NCBI GenBank assembly: GCA_044229975.1
Contig: JBGARZ010000009.1
Span: 91,947-155,946 of the forward strand
DNA: 64,000 nucleotides
Reading direction: 5' to 3'
DNA from: Polyangiales bacterium
GTDB taxonomy: Bacteria > Myxococcota_A > Polyangia > Polyangiales > Ga0077539
A program made the position numbers and the translations under genes. The notes under the pieces are model-generated. The model was not told the origin of the DNA and did no database searches. It saw only the letters and a program-made list of their open reading frames with translations. Position 1 is the first letter of the stretch; each line of letters opens with the position of its first letter. Below are positions 1 to 7,076 of the stretch, in pieces.

Positions 1-186
1 CTGCTCGCGTGATCCGCGGCGCTTCGCGTGGTCACCCGTGACCGAGCTGCTCGCGCACGCGGCGGAGGTGATCGAAGACCGCGGCGAGTGGTTCGTGACG
101 TCCGCGGGGTGGACGTATCAGGTGGGCGAGCGCTGGCGGGGATTGTCCGTCGCGCCGCTCGGGTGGGTGCCGCGGGCGGCGGTGCG

Positions 187-1002
187 TTAGGACACCGGGG
201 CGACGACGGTGCGCATGGCGACCGGGCGAGCGGGGCCGGGGAAGCCCGCGAGCGTCGTGGCGATGAGCTTGTTGGTGTCGAAATAGACCTGCCAGTAGTG
301 GTCGTTGTGGCAATAGGGGCGCACGCAGAGCACGGGGCCAAACTCATTGAACTCGATGATCTCCACGTCGGGCCCGGAGGTGAGCTGGACGTTGGGGATC
401 TTCTTGATGCCTTCCTTCAGGAGGGTGATGGCCTTCTCGAAGTCGGCGCCGCTCGCGAGCTGGGCCTTGAGGTCGACGCGGCGGTTCTGGTTGGTGTTGA
501 AGTTGAGGATGTCCCCGCCGAAGACCTTGTTGTTGCCGACGAAGGTGCGGACGTTGTCGGGGGTGTCGATGGCCGTCACGAAGAGGCCGATCTCTCGCAC
601 GGTGCCCGTGAGGCCCGCGATGGTGACGAAGTCGCCCACCTTGAAGGGCCGCAAGATCACCATGAACGCCCCGGCGGCGAAGTTGGCGAGCATGCCGGCC
701 CAGGCGGTTCCGATGGCGAGGCCGGCGCCGGCGAGGAGGGCTGCGAAGGAGGTGGTCTCGACGCCGAAGCGGCCGAGGATGGCCATCGCGAGGAAGATGT
801 TGAGGGCCACCACCAGGGTGTTGATGACGTAGGTGGTGATGGTGTGGTCGATGTGCCGGGCGTTGAGGGCGCGCCGCAGCAGCGAGCTCACCGCGGTGAT
901 GAGCCACCGGCCGATGACCCAGATGGCGATGGCGCTCAGCGCCTTCAATCCGAGCGATAGGAAGGCGATCTTTATGGTGTTGAGGAGGTTGGTGACGTCC
1001 AC
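187..1002 (-). CDS. Small-conductance mechanosensitive channel (MscS family)
   Basis: 271 aa with N-terminal TM helices and the conserved MscS beta-domain (FVGNNKVFGGDILNFNTNQNRRVDL...). GTG start at 1002 with AAGGGA about 9 nt upstream. Confidence 0.85.
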   Translation of the reverse strand: MDVTNLLNTIKIAFLSLGLKALSAIAIWVIGRWLITAVSSLLRRALNARHIDHTITTYVINTLVVALNIFLAMAILGRFGVETTSFAALLAGAGLAIGTAWAGMLANFAAGAFMVILRPFKVGDFVTIAGLTGTVREIGLFVTAIDTPDNVRTFVGNNKVFGGDILNFNTNQNRRVDLKAQLASGADFEKAITLLKEGIKKIPNVQLTSGPDVEIIEFNEFGPVLCVRPYCHNDHYWQVYFDTNKLIATTLAGFPGPARPVAMRTVVAPVS

Positions 1003-1081
1003 GGCGCGTTCCCTTTCAAAAGGTGTGTGACCCCGAAACGTCGCGACGCTACGCCTCCGTGCGGCTGAGGTGATAGCGGAT

Positions 1082-1945
1082 TCAGGCTCGCGCGATGTCG
1101 CCCGCCTCGCGACGGTTCTTCCAGGCTTGCGCGGCGTCGATGCCGAGCGCCTCGAAGCGCGGGACGATCACCTCGGTCACCGTCTTGTAGAAGAGCGAGC
1201 GGGCGTCTTCGCCTTCGCACATCCCGACGGCCTCGCGCTGCGCCCGCAGCTCCGACGGGATGGCGGGCGGCGTGAGCGGGAGCAGGTCGACCTCGCGGCG
1301 TTCGAGGTAGGCGAAGGCCACGCGGAGGTAGCGCTCCATGCGCGCGACGGCGCCCGCTTCGAGGCGCGGGAGGTTGTGCGTGAGGTAGAGCCAGCCGAGG
1401 CGGGCGTGGGCGACCTCGTCGGGGAGAATGCGGTCGAGCGTGGCGCGCACGAAGGGCTCGTCGGCGAGCTCGCGCTCCTCGGCGATGAGGGCGACGGCGA
1501 CGGTCTCCGAGAGGCAGCCGACGAAGGTGACGTTGCGCACGGCGCGCTCCAGCGCAGAGAGACCCTCGTGTTCGGGCATGCGCACGAGCGTGGGTTCGGC
1601 AGTCGCAGAGGCGTCGCCGCCGAAGGCGCGCACCACGTCGCCGCAGAGGGTCGCGTGGTAGATCTCGTCCGTCGCGGCGCGGAGGGCCACGGTCTGCACG
1701 TCGATGGTGGAGCTCGCCTCGATGAGCTGCGGAACCAACGACGCAAACACCGCCGCCGACCGGTGCTCGTTGACCATGCGGTCGCGCCAGGTGTGCACCG
1801 CGGCCTCGCGCACGGTGTCGTCGTAGCGCTCGCGGAGCACGTCACCCGCTGGGAGCTCGACGGGGCCCTTCTCCAGACCGCGGACGATGCGCGCGTGGTC
1901 GGCGCGGAAGGGCGAGGCGGAGACGTCCATGGTGAGCGTTCGCAT
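1082..1945 (-). CDS. Ferritin-like domain protein (hypothetical)
   Basis: 287-aa coherent ORF with paired EExxH-like helices (LIAEERELADEPF, LPDEVAHARLGW). Its start overlaps the stop of the upstream lipoprotein gene, which suggests an operon. Confidence 0.55.
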   Translation of the reverse strand: MRTLTMDVSASPFRADHARIVRGLEKGPVELPAGDVLRERYDDTVREAAVHTWRDRMVNEHRSAAVFASLVPQLIEASSTIDVQTVALRAATDEIYHATLCGDVVRAFGGDASATAEPTLVRMPEHEGLSALERAVRNVTFVGCLSETVAVALIAEERELADEPFVRATLDRILPDEVAHARLGWLYLTHNLPRLEAGAVARMERYLRVAFAYLERREVDLLPLTPPAIPSELRAQREAVGMCEGEDARSLFYKTVTEVIVPRFEALGIDAAQAWKNRREAGDIARA

Positions 1946-1948
1946 GGC

Positions 1949-2368
1949 TCAGGCGGCCTCGCCGTGCATCGACGGCGGCATGAACGGCCCCCACGCCTGA
2001 CACCCACGCCGCCAGTCCCAGTTGATGCGCTCGCAGCACTCCGACCACGACAGCGCGGCGTCGCCCTCGTTGCTGCACACCTCGCCGAGGTCCCCGGCCA
2101 CCTCGCTCGCGTCGACCATATCGACCGCGTCGACGGGGGCGCCGGCGTCGACGGCGAGGGCGACGTCCACGGCGGCGGGCGTATCGGCGGTGGCGACGGG
2201 GGTGTCGACGGCGGGTGCGACGTCGGCGGCGACGACACTGCCGTCGACGGTGGAGGCGCAGCCGGCGAGGACGGCGGTCATGGTGAGGGTGACGGCGCGG
2301 GCGGCGCGGAGGGCGCGCTCCTGGGCGCGACGGACTCGCTCAACGGACTCGGGGGCGGTGCTGCGCAT
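1949..2368 (-). CDS. Small lipoprotein (hypothetical)
   Basis: Internal ATG at 2368 gives MRSTAPE...LTMTAVLAGCAS, a signal peptide with lipobox L-A-G-C. Mature part is Ala/Val/Asp-rich and ends in a Cys/Trp-rich module. The upstream part of the track ORF (1949..2602) is judged non-coding. Confidence 0.5.
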   Translation of the reverse strand: MRSTAPESVERVRRAQERALRAARAVTLTMTAVLAGCASTVDGSVVAADVAPAVDTPVATADTPAAVDVALAVDAGAPVDAVDMVDASEVAGDLGEVCSNEGDAALSWSECCERINWDWRRGCQAWGPFMPPSMHGEAA

Positions 2369-2510
2369 GGCGGTGGGTCTCCGGCGGACGAGAGGGAAGA
2401 TCGGTCGGCTCGAAGACCATGATGAGCGTGTGGCGGAGCGTTGAGAATCGGTATGTCGTGTATGCGATTGTATCGAATCGGTTGATGGTGAGGCGACTGC
2501 GACAGGAGAC

Positions 2511-2634
2511 GGGCCGCAAGGGCGCAAGGGTCGCAAGGTCTGAAATGAAAGAGGGAATGGGCTTGGACACGCTTCGCCGAAGCCCAACCAATCATCATTC
2601 ACTTCTGACCCCTGCGCCCCTTGCGCCCTTGCGG
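2511..2634. repeat. Long imperfect hairpin; 18-bp arms GGCCGCAAGGGCGCAAGG (2511-2528) and CCTTGCGCCCTTGCGGCC (2617-2634)
   Basis: Exact reverse-complement arms separated by an AT-richer loop of about 88 nt. The same 27-nt motif family recurs at 39893-39988. Confidence 0.7.
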
Positions 2635-2683
2635 CCGTCGTCTCTCCGCGGCCGTCGTCTCTCCGCGGCCGTCGTCTCTCCGC
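2633..2683. repeat. 17-bp perfect tandem repeat x3 (GGCCGTCGTCTCTCCGC)
   Basis: Three contiguous identical copies at 2633-2649, 2650-2666 and 2667-2683, directly abutting the right arm of the hairpin above. Intergenic. Confidence 0.9.
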
Positions 2684-2695
2684 GGCTGGCGGGTG

Positions 2696-3451
2696 TCAGC
2701 GGATGGCGCGGCGGATGACGGCGGGGTCCCAGCGGTCGGCGGCGATGTCGTCGAGGGCCTCGCGCAGCGGGAGGTCGGCGCTCGCGGCGGCGGCGACGCG
2801 CACGCGGGTGCGGCCGTCGTCACCGCCCGCGGCGAGGGCGATGGCGGCGGCGACGCGCAGCTCGGGGGTGGCGTCGCGGGCGGTGACGGCGCGTTCGAGG
2901 TCGGTGAGGTCGACGGCGGCGTCGCGGTAGGCGGACGACCCGACGGCCAGCGCGCGGAGGGCGTCGCGCCACTCGGTGACGTCGCGGTTGCGGCGCTGGA
3001 GGGCGGCCAGCGCGGTGCTCGGCGCGTCGGGCGGATGGGCGATCTCGGCGCGCAGGTCGGCGACGAGGCGGCGGTCGCGCGCGGGCTCGGGGCTGCTCAC
3101 GCGGAGGGTGACCTGCTCGCCGGAGTGGAGCGTGAGGGCGATGTCGAAGCGCACCTGCTTCACCGCGCGAACGAATCGCCACGGGATGAAGCGCGGCCGA
3201 CGACCCGAGAGGATGGTGAGCCCGTCGTGGCCGAGCAGCAGCTCCACGGGAGCAAACGCGCGCATCGACTGGAGCAGGATGAGCGCCGACGCGAGCATGA
3301 TGACGAGCACGACGACCCACGGGGTCTCGCGGAAGAGCAGCAGCGTGAGCGCGACGATGGGGGTGAGCTGGAGGCCGAAGAAGGCCAGCGCGAGGAGGCC
3401 GCGGAGGGGTCCGTGCCAGGGGGTTCCGAGGAGCACGCGGCGGAGGGTCAA
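2696..3451 (-). CDS. Hypothetical membrane protein (2-3 TM helices plus Ala/Arg/Asp-rich soluble domain)
   Basis: The C-terminal ~250 aa of track ORF 2696..4042 is protein-like (GLLALAFFGLQLTPIVALTLLLF...). Upstream of it the ORF is Arg-rich frame noise. Probable TTG/GTG start near 3436-3451. The next gene ends at 3490. Confidence 0.4.
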   Translation of the reverse strand: MTLRRVLLGTPWHGPLRGLLALAFFGLQLTPIVALTLLLFRETPWVVVLVIMLASALILLQSMRAFAPVELLLGHDGLTILSGRRPRFIPWRFVRAVKQVRFDIALTLHSGEQVTLRVSSPEPARDRRLVADLRAEIAHPPDAPSTALAALQRRNRDVTEWRDALRALAVGSSAYRDAAVDLTDLERAVTARDATPELRVAAAIALAAGGDDGRTRVRVAAAASADLPLREALDDIAADRWDPAVIRRAIR

Positions 3452-3489
3452 GGCGTCGGAGCTGGGCGGGTCGGAGGGCGGCACCGGGT

Positions 3490-4482
3490 CTATCGGGTCG
3501 CGGGGCGGAGGGCGGTGGGGACGCCGTAGCGGTGGTCGAGCGCATCGAGCGCGCGGGCCCAGCGGGAGCCGGAGAGCCCGCGGGCGCGGTCGATGCGGAG
3601 CTGCGCCTGGTGCCACGCGACGACGTGACGGAAGGGCGGGCGGGCGACGTGGCGCGCGAGCAGCGAGGCGTGGTGGAGGGCGTCGAAGGCGCGCTGGTCG
3701 GCGCGTGTCCAGGGGAGCTCGAAGGCGTCGCGCCAGCGCGGTGGGAGCAAGCCCGCGGTGACCACGCGCTCGAAGGGCGTGTGGGAGAGCGGCGTGTCGA
3801 GGAGGGCGCGAGCGACGGTGCGCGCGTGGCGGCCGACGTAGAGATCGGGGTCGTCGAGGGCAGCATCGAACCACGCGTCGAAGGCGGCGCGGTCGACGGG
3901 CCAGCGATCGGGACGAACGCCCGACAGCGCGGAGCTGAGGACGAAGTCGTCGTAGTCGCGCTTGGACTCGGCGGAGGTGAGCGGTCGGACGAAGATCTCG
4001 AAGGCGGCGGTGGAGCCGACGCGCACGGTGGCGGCGACCCAACGCAGGAGGTGCTGGTCGTTGGCGCGGTAGGGGCGACCGTGGAGGGGGCTCTCGGGGG
4101 CGTCGATGGTTCCGCGCACGCGGCAGTGGATGTGGTGCAGGCGGCGGGCGGCGGCGAGGGCCTGGGAGGTGGTTCCGAAGATGAACTCGTAGAGGGTGGC
4201 GGAGGTACGGCGCGCGCGGCCGGCGAGGTCTTCGATGAAGTTGCTGTGCTCAGCGACACCCGTCGCGATGGCGGGATGCGCCATCTGGAGGAGCACCGCC
4301 GCGAAGCCACCCGCGAGGAGCGCGGGCTCGCGGACCTTCACCCACGCGAGGCTGCCGGGCCCGAAGACCCCTTCGACCTCGCTGGCACCGTGGGCGCGCA
4401 CGTAGTCCATGCAGTACGCGAAGTCCTCGGCGTCGAGCGCGTCTTCGGCGGAGCGTGGGTCCACGGCAGCGCGAGCGTACAT
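3490..4482 (-). CDS. DUF2236 / MpaB-like (ER-bound oxygenase family) protein
   Basis: 330 aa from the ATG at 4482 (MYARAAVDPRS...). Conserved DUF2236 features are present (FGPGSLAWV, LLAGGFAAVLLQMAHPAIATGV, RLHHIH). The track ORF is extended 5' by frame noise. Confidence 0.7.
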   Translation of the reverse strand: MYARAAVDPRSAEDALDAEDFAYCMDYVRAHGASEVEGVFGPGSLAWVKVREPALLAGGFAAVLLQMAHPAIATGVAEHSNFIEDLAGRARRTSATLYEFIFGTTSQALAAARRLHHIHCRVRGTIDAPESPLHGRPYRANDQHLLRWVAATVRVGSTAAFEIFVRPLTSAESKRDYDDFVLSSALSGVRPDRWPVDRAAFDAWFDAALDDPDLYVGRHARTVARALLDTPLSHTPFERVVTAGLLPPRWRDAFELPWTRADQRAFDALHHASLLARHVARPPFRHVVAWHQAQLRIDRARGLSGSRWARALDALDHRYGVPTALRPATR

Positions 4483-4584
4483 CGCCCGGCGCGGGAGCGT
4501 CCTCCCGGACGATGACCGCAGCGCGCAGGCCACCGTCCCGCTCGCGCCCGGCGCCGCGACGCGGTAGAGCCCTCTGCGCAACCG

Positions 4585-5469
4585 ATGACCGACACCGACC
4601 CCGCCGAGCGCCTCGCCCGATGGAGCCTCGCCACGGGCGTCGCGGTGCTGCTCCTCAAGGGCTTCGCGTGGCGCCTCACCGGCTCGGTGGCGCTGCTCTC
4701 CGACGCGCTGGAGTCCATCGTCAACGTGGTGGCCTCGCTCGCGATGTTCGTCGCGCTGCGCGTGGCCCGCCTCCCGGCCGATCGCAACCACCCCTACGGC
4801 CACGGCAAGGCGGAGTACCTCTCGGCCGTGCTCGAAGGCGTGCTCATCGCCGTCGCCGCCGTGATGAGCCTCCTCGTCGCGTCGGGACGGCTGCTGCACC
4901 CGCGAGCGCTCGTGGACGTCGGCGCGGGCCTCGGCGTGTCCGTCGCCGCCAGCGCGCTCAATGGTCTGCTCGCGTGGCGGCTCATCGTCGCCGGCAAGAA
5001 GCACCGCTCGCCTGCCCTCGCGGCCGACGGGCAGCACATCCTCTCCGACGTGGTCACCACGGCGGGCGTGCTCGTGGGCGTCGGGCTCGCGCGGCTCACC
5101 GGCTGGTGGCGGCTCGACCCGATCCTCGCGTGCGTGGTCGCGGTGAACATTCTCTGGATGGGGTGGAAGCTCGTTCGCCGCTCGGTGGGTGCGCTGATGG
5201 ACGAGGTGCTCGACGAGGACGAGGTCGCCCACGTGCGCGCCGTCGCCGAGCGCGTCGCCCGCGAGGGCGGGGCCGTCGGCGTGAAGGGCTTCCGACTCCG
5301 GCGCACGGGGGCGTCGGGCCAGTGCGACATGACCCTGGTGGTGCCCGGCGAGATGACCGTGCGGGCAGCCCACACGATCTGCGACCGCATCGAGGACGCG
5401 CTGCACACCGATGAGCCTGCGCTCGGGGTGGTGGTGCACGTCGAGCCTGAGCCCGGCAGCGGGGCATAG
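4585..5469 (+). CDS. Cation diffusion facilitator family transporter (CzcD/FieF-like)
   Basis: 294 aa with 6 TM helices, SDALESIVNV, the HPYGHGKAEY motif and a C-terminal cytoplasmic metal-binding domain (HVEPE). Confidence 0.9.
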   Translation: MTDTDPAERLARWSLATGVAVLLLKGFAWRLTGSVALLSDALESIVNVVASLAMFVALRVARLPADRNHPYGHGKAEYLSAVLEGVLIAVAAVMSLLVASGRLLHPRALVDVGAGLGVSVAASALNGLLAWRLIVAGKKHRSPALAADGQHILSDVVTTAGVLVGVGLARLTGWWRLDPILACVVAVNILWMGWKLVRRSVGALMDEVLDEDEVAHVRAVAERVAREGGAVGVKGFRLRRTGASGQCDMTLVVPGEMTVRAAHTICDRIEDALHTDEPALGVVVHVEPEPGSGA

Positions 5470-5491
5470 TCGCTCGCGGCGGCACGCCTCT

Positions 5492-6034
5492 TCAGGACCG
5501 CAGCGCGAGTCTCATGTGCACGCGCGTCGACCAGTCGAGGCCCTCGGCCGTCTGGTCGCGCTCGATGGCCCGCAGTCCCTCGCCGCACTGATCGCGCGGA
5601 ACCACCACGAAGCCGTGACGCGCGTACCACGGGGCGTTCCACGGGACGTCGACCTGCGTGTTGAGCACGATGGACGCCTCACCGTCGCCGCGCGCCCGCT
5701 CGATGACGGCGCGTAGCAACGCGTCGCCCACGCCGCGTCGCCCATGCGCGATGGCCACGCTGATCTGCCCGAGGCACGGCTCTCCGTCGACGCGGCCGAC
5801 GTAGGCCCAGCCCGCGAGCTCGCCGCCCACCTCGGCGACGGTGACGCAGCCCTTCGCGATGAGCCGGCGCGCCACGTCGAGCGGGATGCCATCGCCGTCC
5901 GCGAGCTCGGGGTGCCCCACCGCGGCGAAGCGGGTGTCGGCGTCGAGCGCCACGCGAACGATCTCCGCGATGTCTTCGTCGCGCGCGAGGCGCAGCGTGA
6001 GGGAGAGACGCTGTGGGTCGGGGCGTTGGTCCAT
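5492..6034 (-). CDS. GNAT family N-acetyltransferase
   Basis: 180 aa from the ATG at 6034. Acetyl-CoA binding motif QISVAIAHGRRGVGDALL; C-terminal YARHGF. Confidence 0.8.
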   Translation of the reverse strand: MDQRPDPQRLSLTLRLARDEDIAEIVRVALDADTRFAAVGHPELADGDGIPLDVARRLIAKGCVTVAEVGGELAGWAYVGRVDGEPCLGQISVAIAHGRRGVGDALLRAVIERARGDGEASIVLNTQVDVPWNAPWYARHGFVVVPRDQCGEGLRAIERDQTAEGLDWSTRVHMRLALRS

Positions 6035-6050
6035 GGTCGGGTGCTGTGTC

Positions 6051-6377
6051 CTACGCCTCGGCGATGCCCCGCTCGCGGCGCGCCTTGAGGCAGTCGTCGG
6101 ACCCTGCCTCCACCCGTCGGCACGGCGCCGGGCGCAGCGCGTAGATCTCGCAGCGCACCTTGCGCCCGAGCTTGCCCGAGAGCGCGGTGCACCGCTGGCC
6201 CGCGTCGAGCTTGAGGTGCGCCTTCCCCTCGGCGTCGCGCGTGACGTACCGCTGAACGAGCTTCTGGTGTCGCCAGAGGCCCTCGCGCTCGGACACGTCG
6301 ACATAGGCGACGTAGCCTTCGGCGCGGTTCTCGTCGGGGTTGGTGCAGCATGCGCCGCAGCGGGTGCAATCGAGCAT
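6051..6377 (-). CDS. YkgJ-family cysteine-cluster (zinc/iron-chelating, CxxCxxCC) protein
   Basis: 108 aa MLDCTRCGACCTNPDE...LSGKLGRKVRCEIYALRPAPCR. Typical of the UPF0153/YkgJ family. Confidence 0.75.
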   Translation of the reverse strand: MLDCTRCGACCTNPDENRAEGYVAYVDVSEREGLWRHQKLVQRYVTRDAEGKAHLKLDAGQRCTALSGKLGRKVRCEIYALRPAPCRRVEAGSDDCLKARRERGIAEA

Positions 6378-6494
6378 CGATCGCGAACCATAATCCCAAA
6401 CGCAGCGCTTCTCGCGGGGTCGTACGTCCCACCGGTTGGGACTTCGCGACGACCGATGACGATTTCCGGTCACGAAACACACCCCCACCCGAAC

Positions 6495-7067
6495 ATGCGA
6501 GACGACCCGATGGGAGCCGAAGCAGCAGTGGTCTGGGACACCGATCCGATTGGTCAGGCGCTCGCGGCCGGCGACCCTCGCACCGCCATCGCCCTCTGCG
6601 CGCGCCGACACGGCGCGTCCATCGGGCGCCTGTGCATGGGCTGGCTGGGCTCTCAGACCGAAGCCGAAGAGGCCGTGCAGGAGACCCTCCTCGCGGCCTT
6701 CGACGGCGCGGCCAACTATCGTGCGGAGGGCAGCATCACCGCGTGGCTGTACGGCATCGCGCGGCGGGTGTGCGCCCGTCGCGTCGAGGTGCGCGGCCGA
6801 CGAGAGCGCCAGCTCCGGCTGGTGGGCCCGGAGGTCGACCACGCCGACGGGGCCGACGTGCTGCTCGCCGCCCGACGCCGCGGGGAGCGGGTGCGCGTGG
6901 CGCTGGAGCAGCTCAAGCCGTCGGAGCGCGATGCGGTGGTGCTGCGCTACGAGGGGGAGCTGTCGTTTCGTGAGGTAGGGGAGAGCTGTGGCATCGACGA
7001 GGCCACCGCGCGCAAGCGGGTGAGCCGCGCCCTGGAGAAGCTGCGGTCGACGCTCGTCGACGAGTGA
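6495..7067 (+). CDS. ECF (sigma-70 family, group IV) RNA polymerase sigma factor
   Basis: 190 aa with region 2 (EEAVQETLLAAF...ITAWLYGIARRV) and a region 4 HTH (LKPSERDAVVLRYEGELSFREVGESCGIDEATARKRVSRALEKLR). Directly followed by the anti-sigma gene. Confidence 0.85.
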   Translation: MRDDPMGAEAAVVWDTDPIGQALAAGDPRTAIALCARRHGASIGRLCMGWLGSQTEAEEAVQETLLAAFDGAANYRAEGSITAWLYGIARRVCARRVEVRGRRERQLRLVGPEVDHADGADVLLAARRRGERVRVALEQLKPSERDAVVLRYEGELSFREVGESCGIDEATARKRVSRALEKLRSTLVDE

Positions 7068-7076
7068 GGACATCCA

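Noticed and set aside
28-960. 310-aa plus-strand ORF (Gly/Ala/Asp/Arg-rich), antisense to the mscS gene
   Set aside because: The composition is a typical high-GC antisense frame artefact. The opposite strand encodes a coherent MscS channel.
1070-2422. 450-aa plus-strand ORF and 353-aa minus-strand ORF 1177..2238
   Set aside because: Low-complexity Arg/Gly/Ala or Ser/Pro/Arg translations overlapping the ferritin-like and lipoprotein genes. These are frame noise.
2621-3529. 302-aa plus-strand ORF and 496-aa minus-strand ORF 2820..4310
   Set aside because: Gly/Asp/Ala-rich and Pro/Ser/Arg-rich translations respectively. They overlap the membrane-protein and DUF2236 genes, whose frames give globular-looking sequence.
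3490-5439. 649-aa minus-strand ORF overlapping the CDF transporter gene
   Set aside because: Only the C-terminal 330 aa, from the ATG at 4482, is coherent (DUF2236). The N-terminal 320 aa is His/Arg/Glu noise antisense to the well-supported CDF gene.
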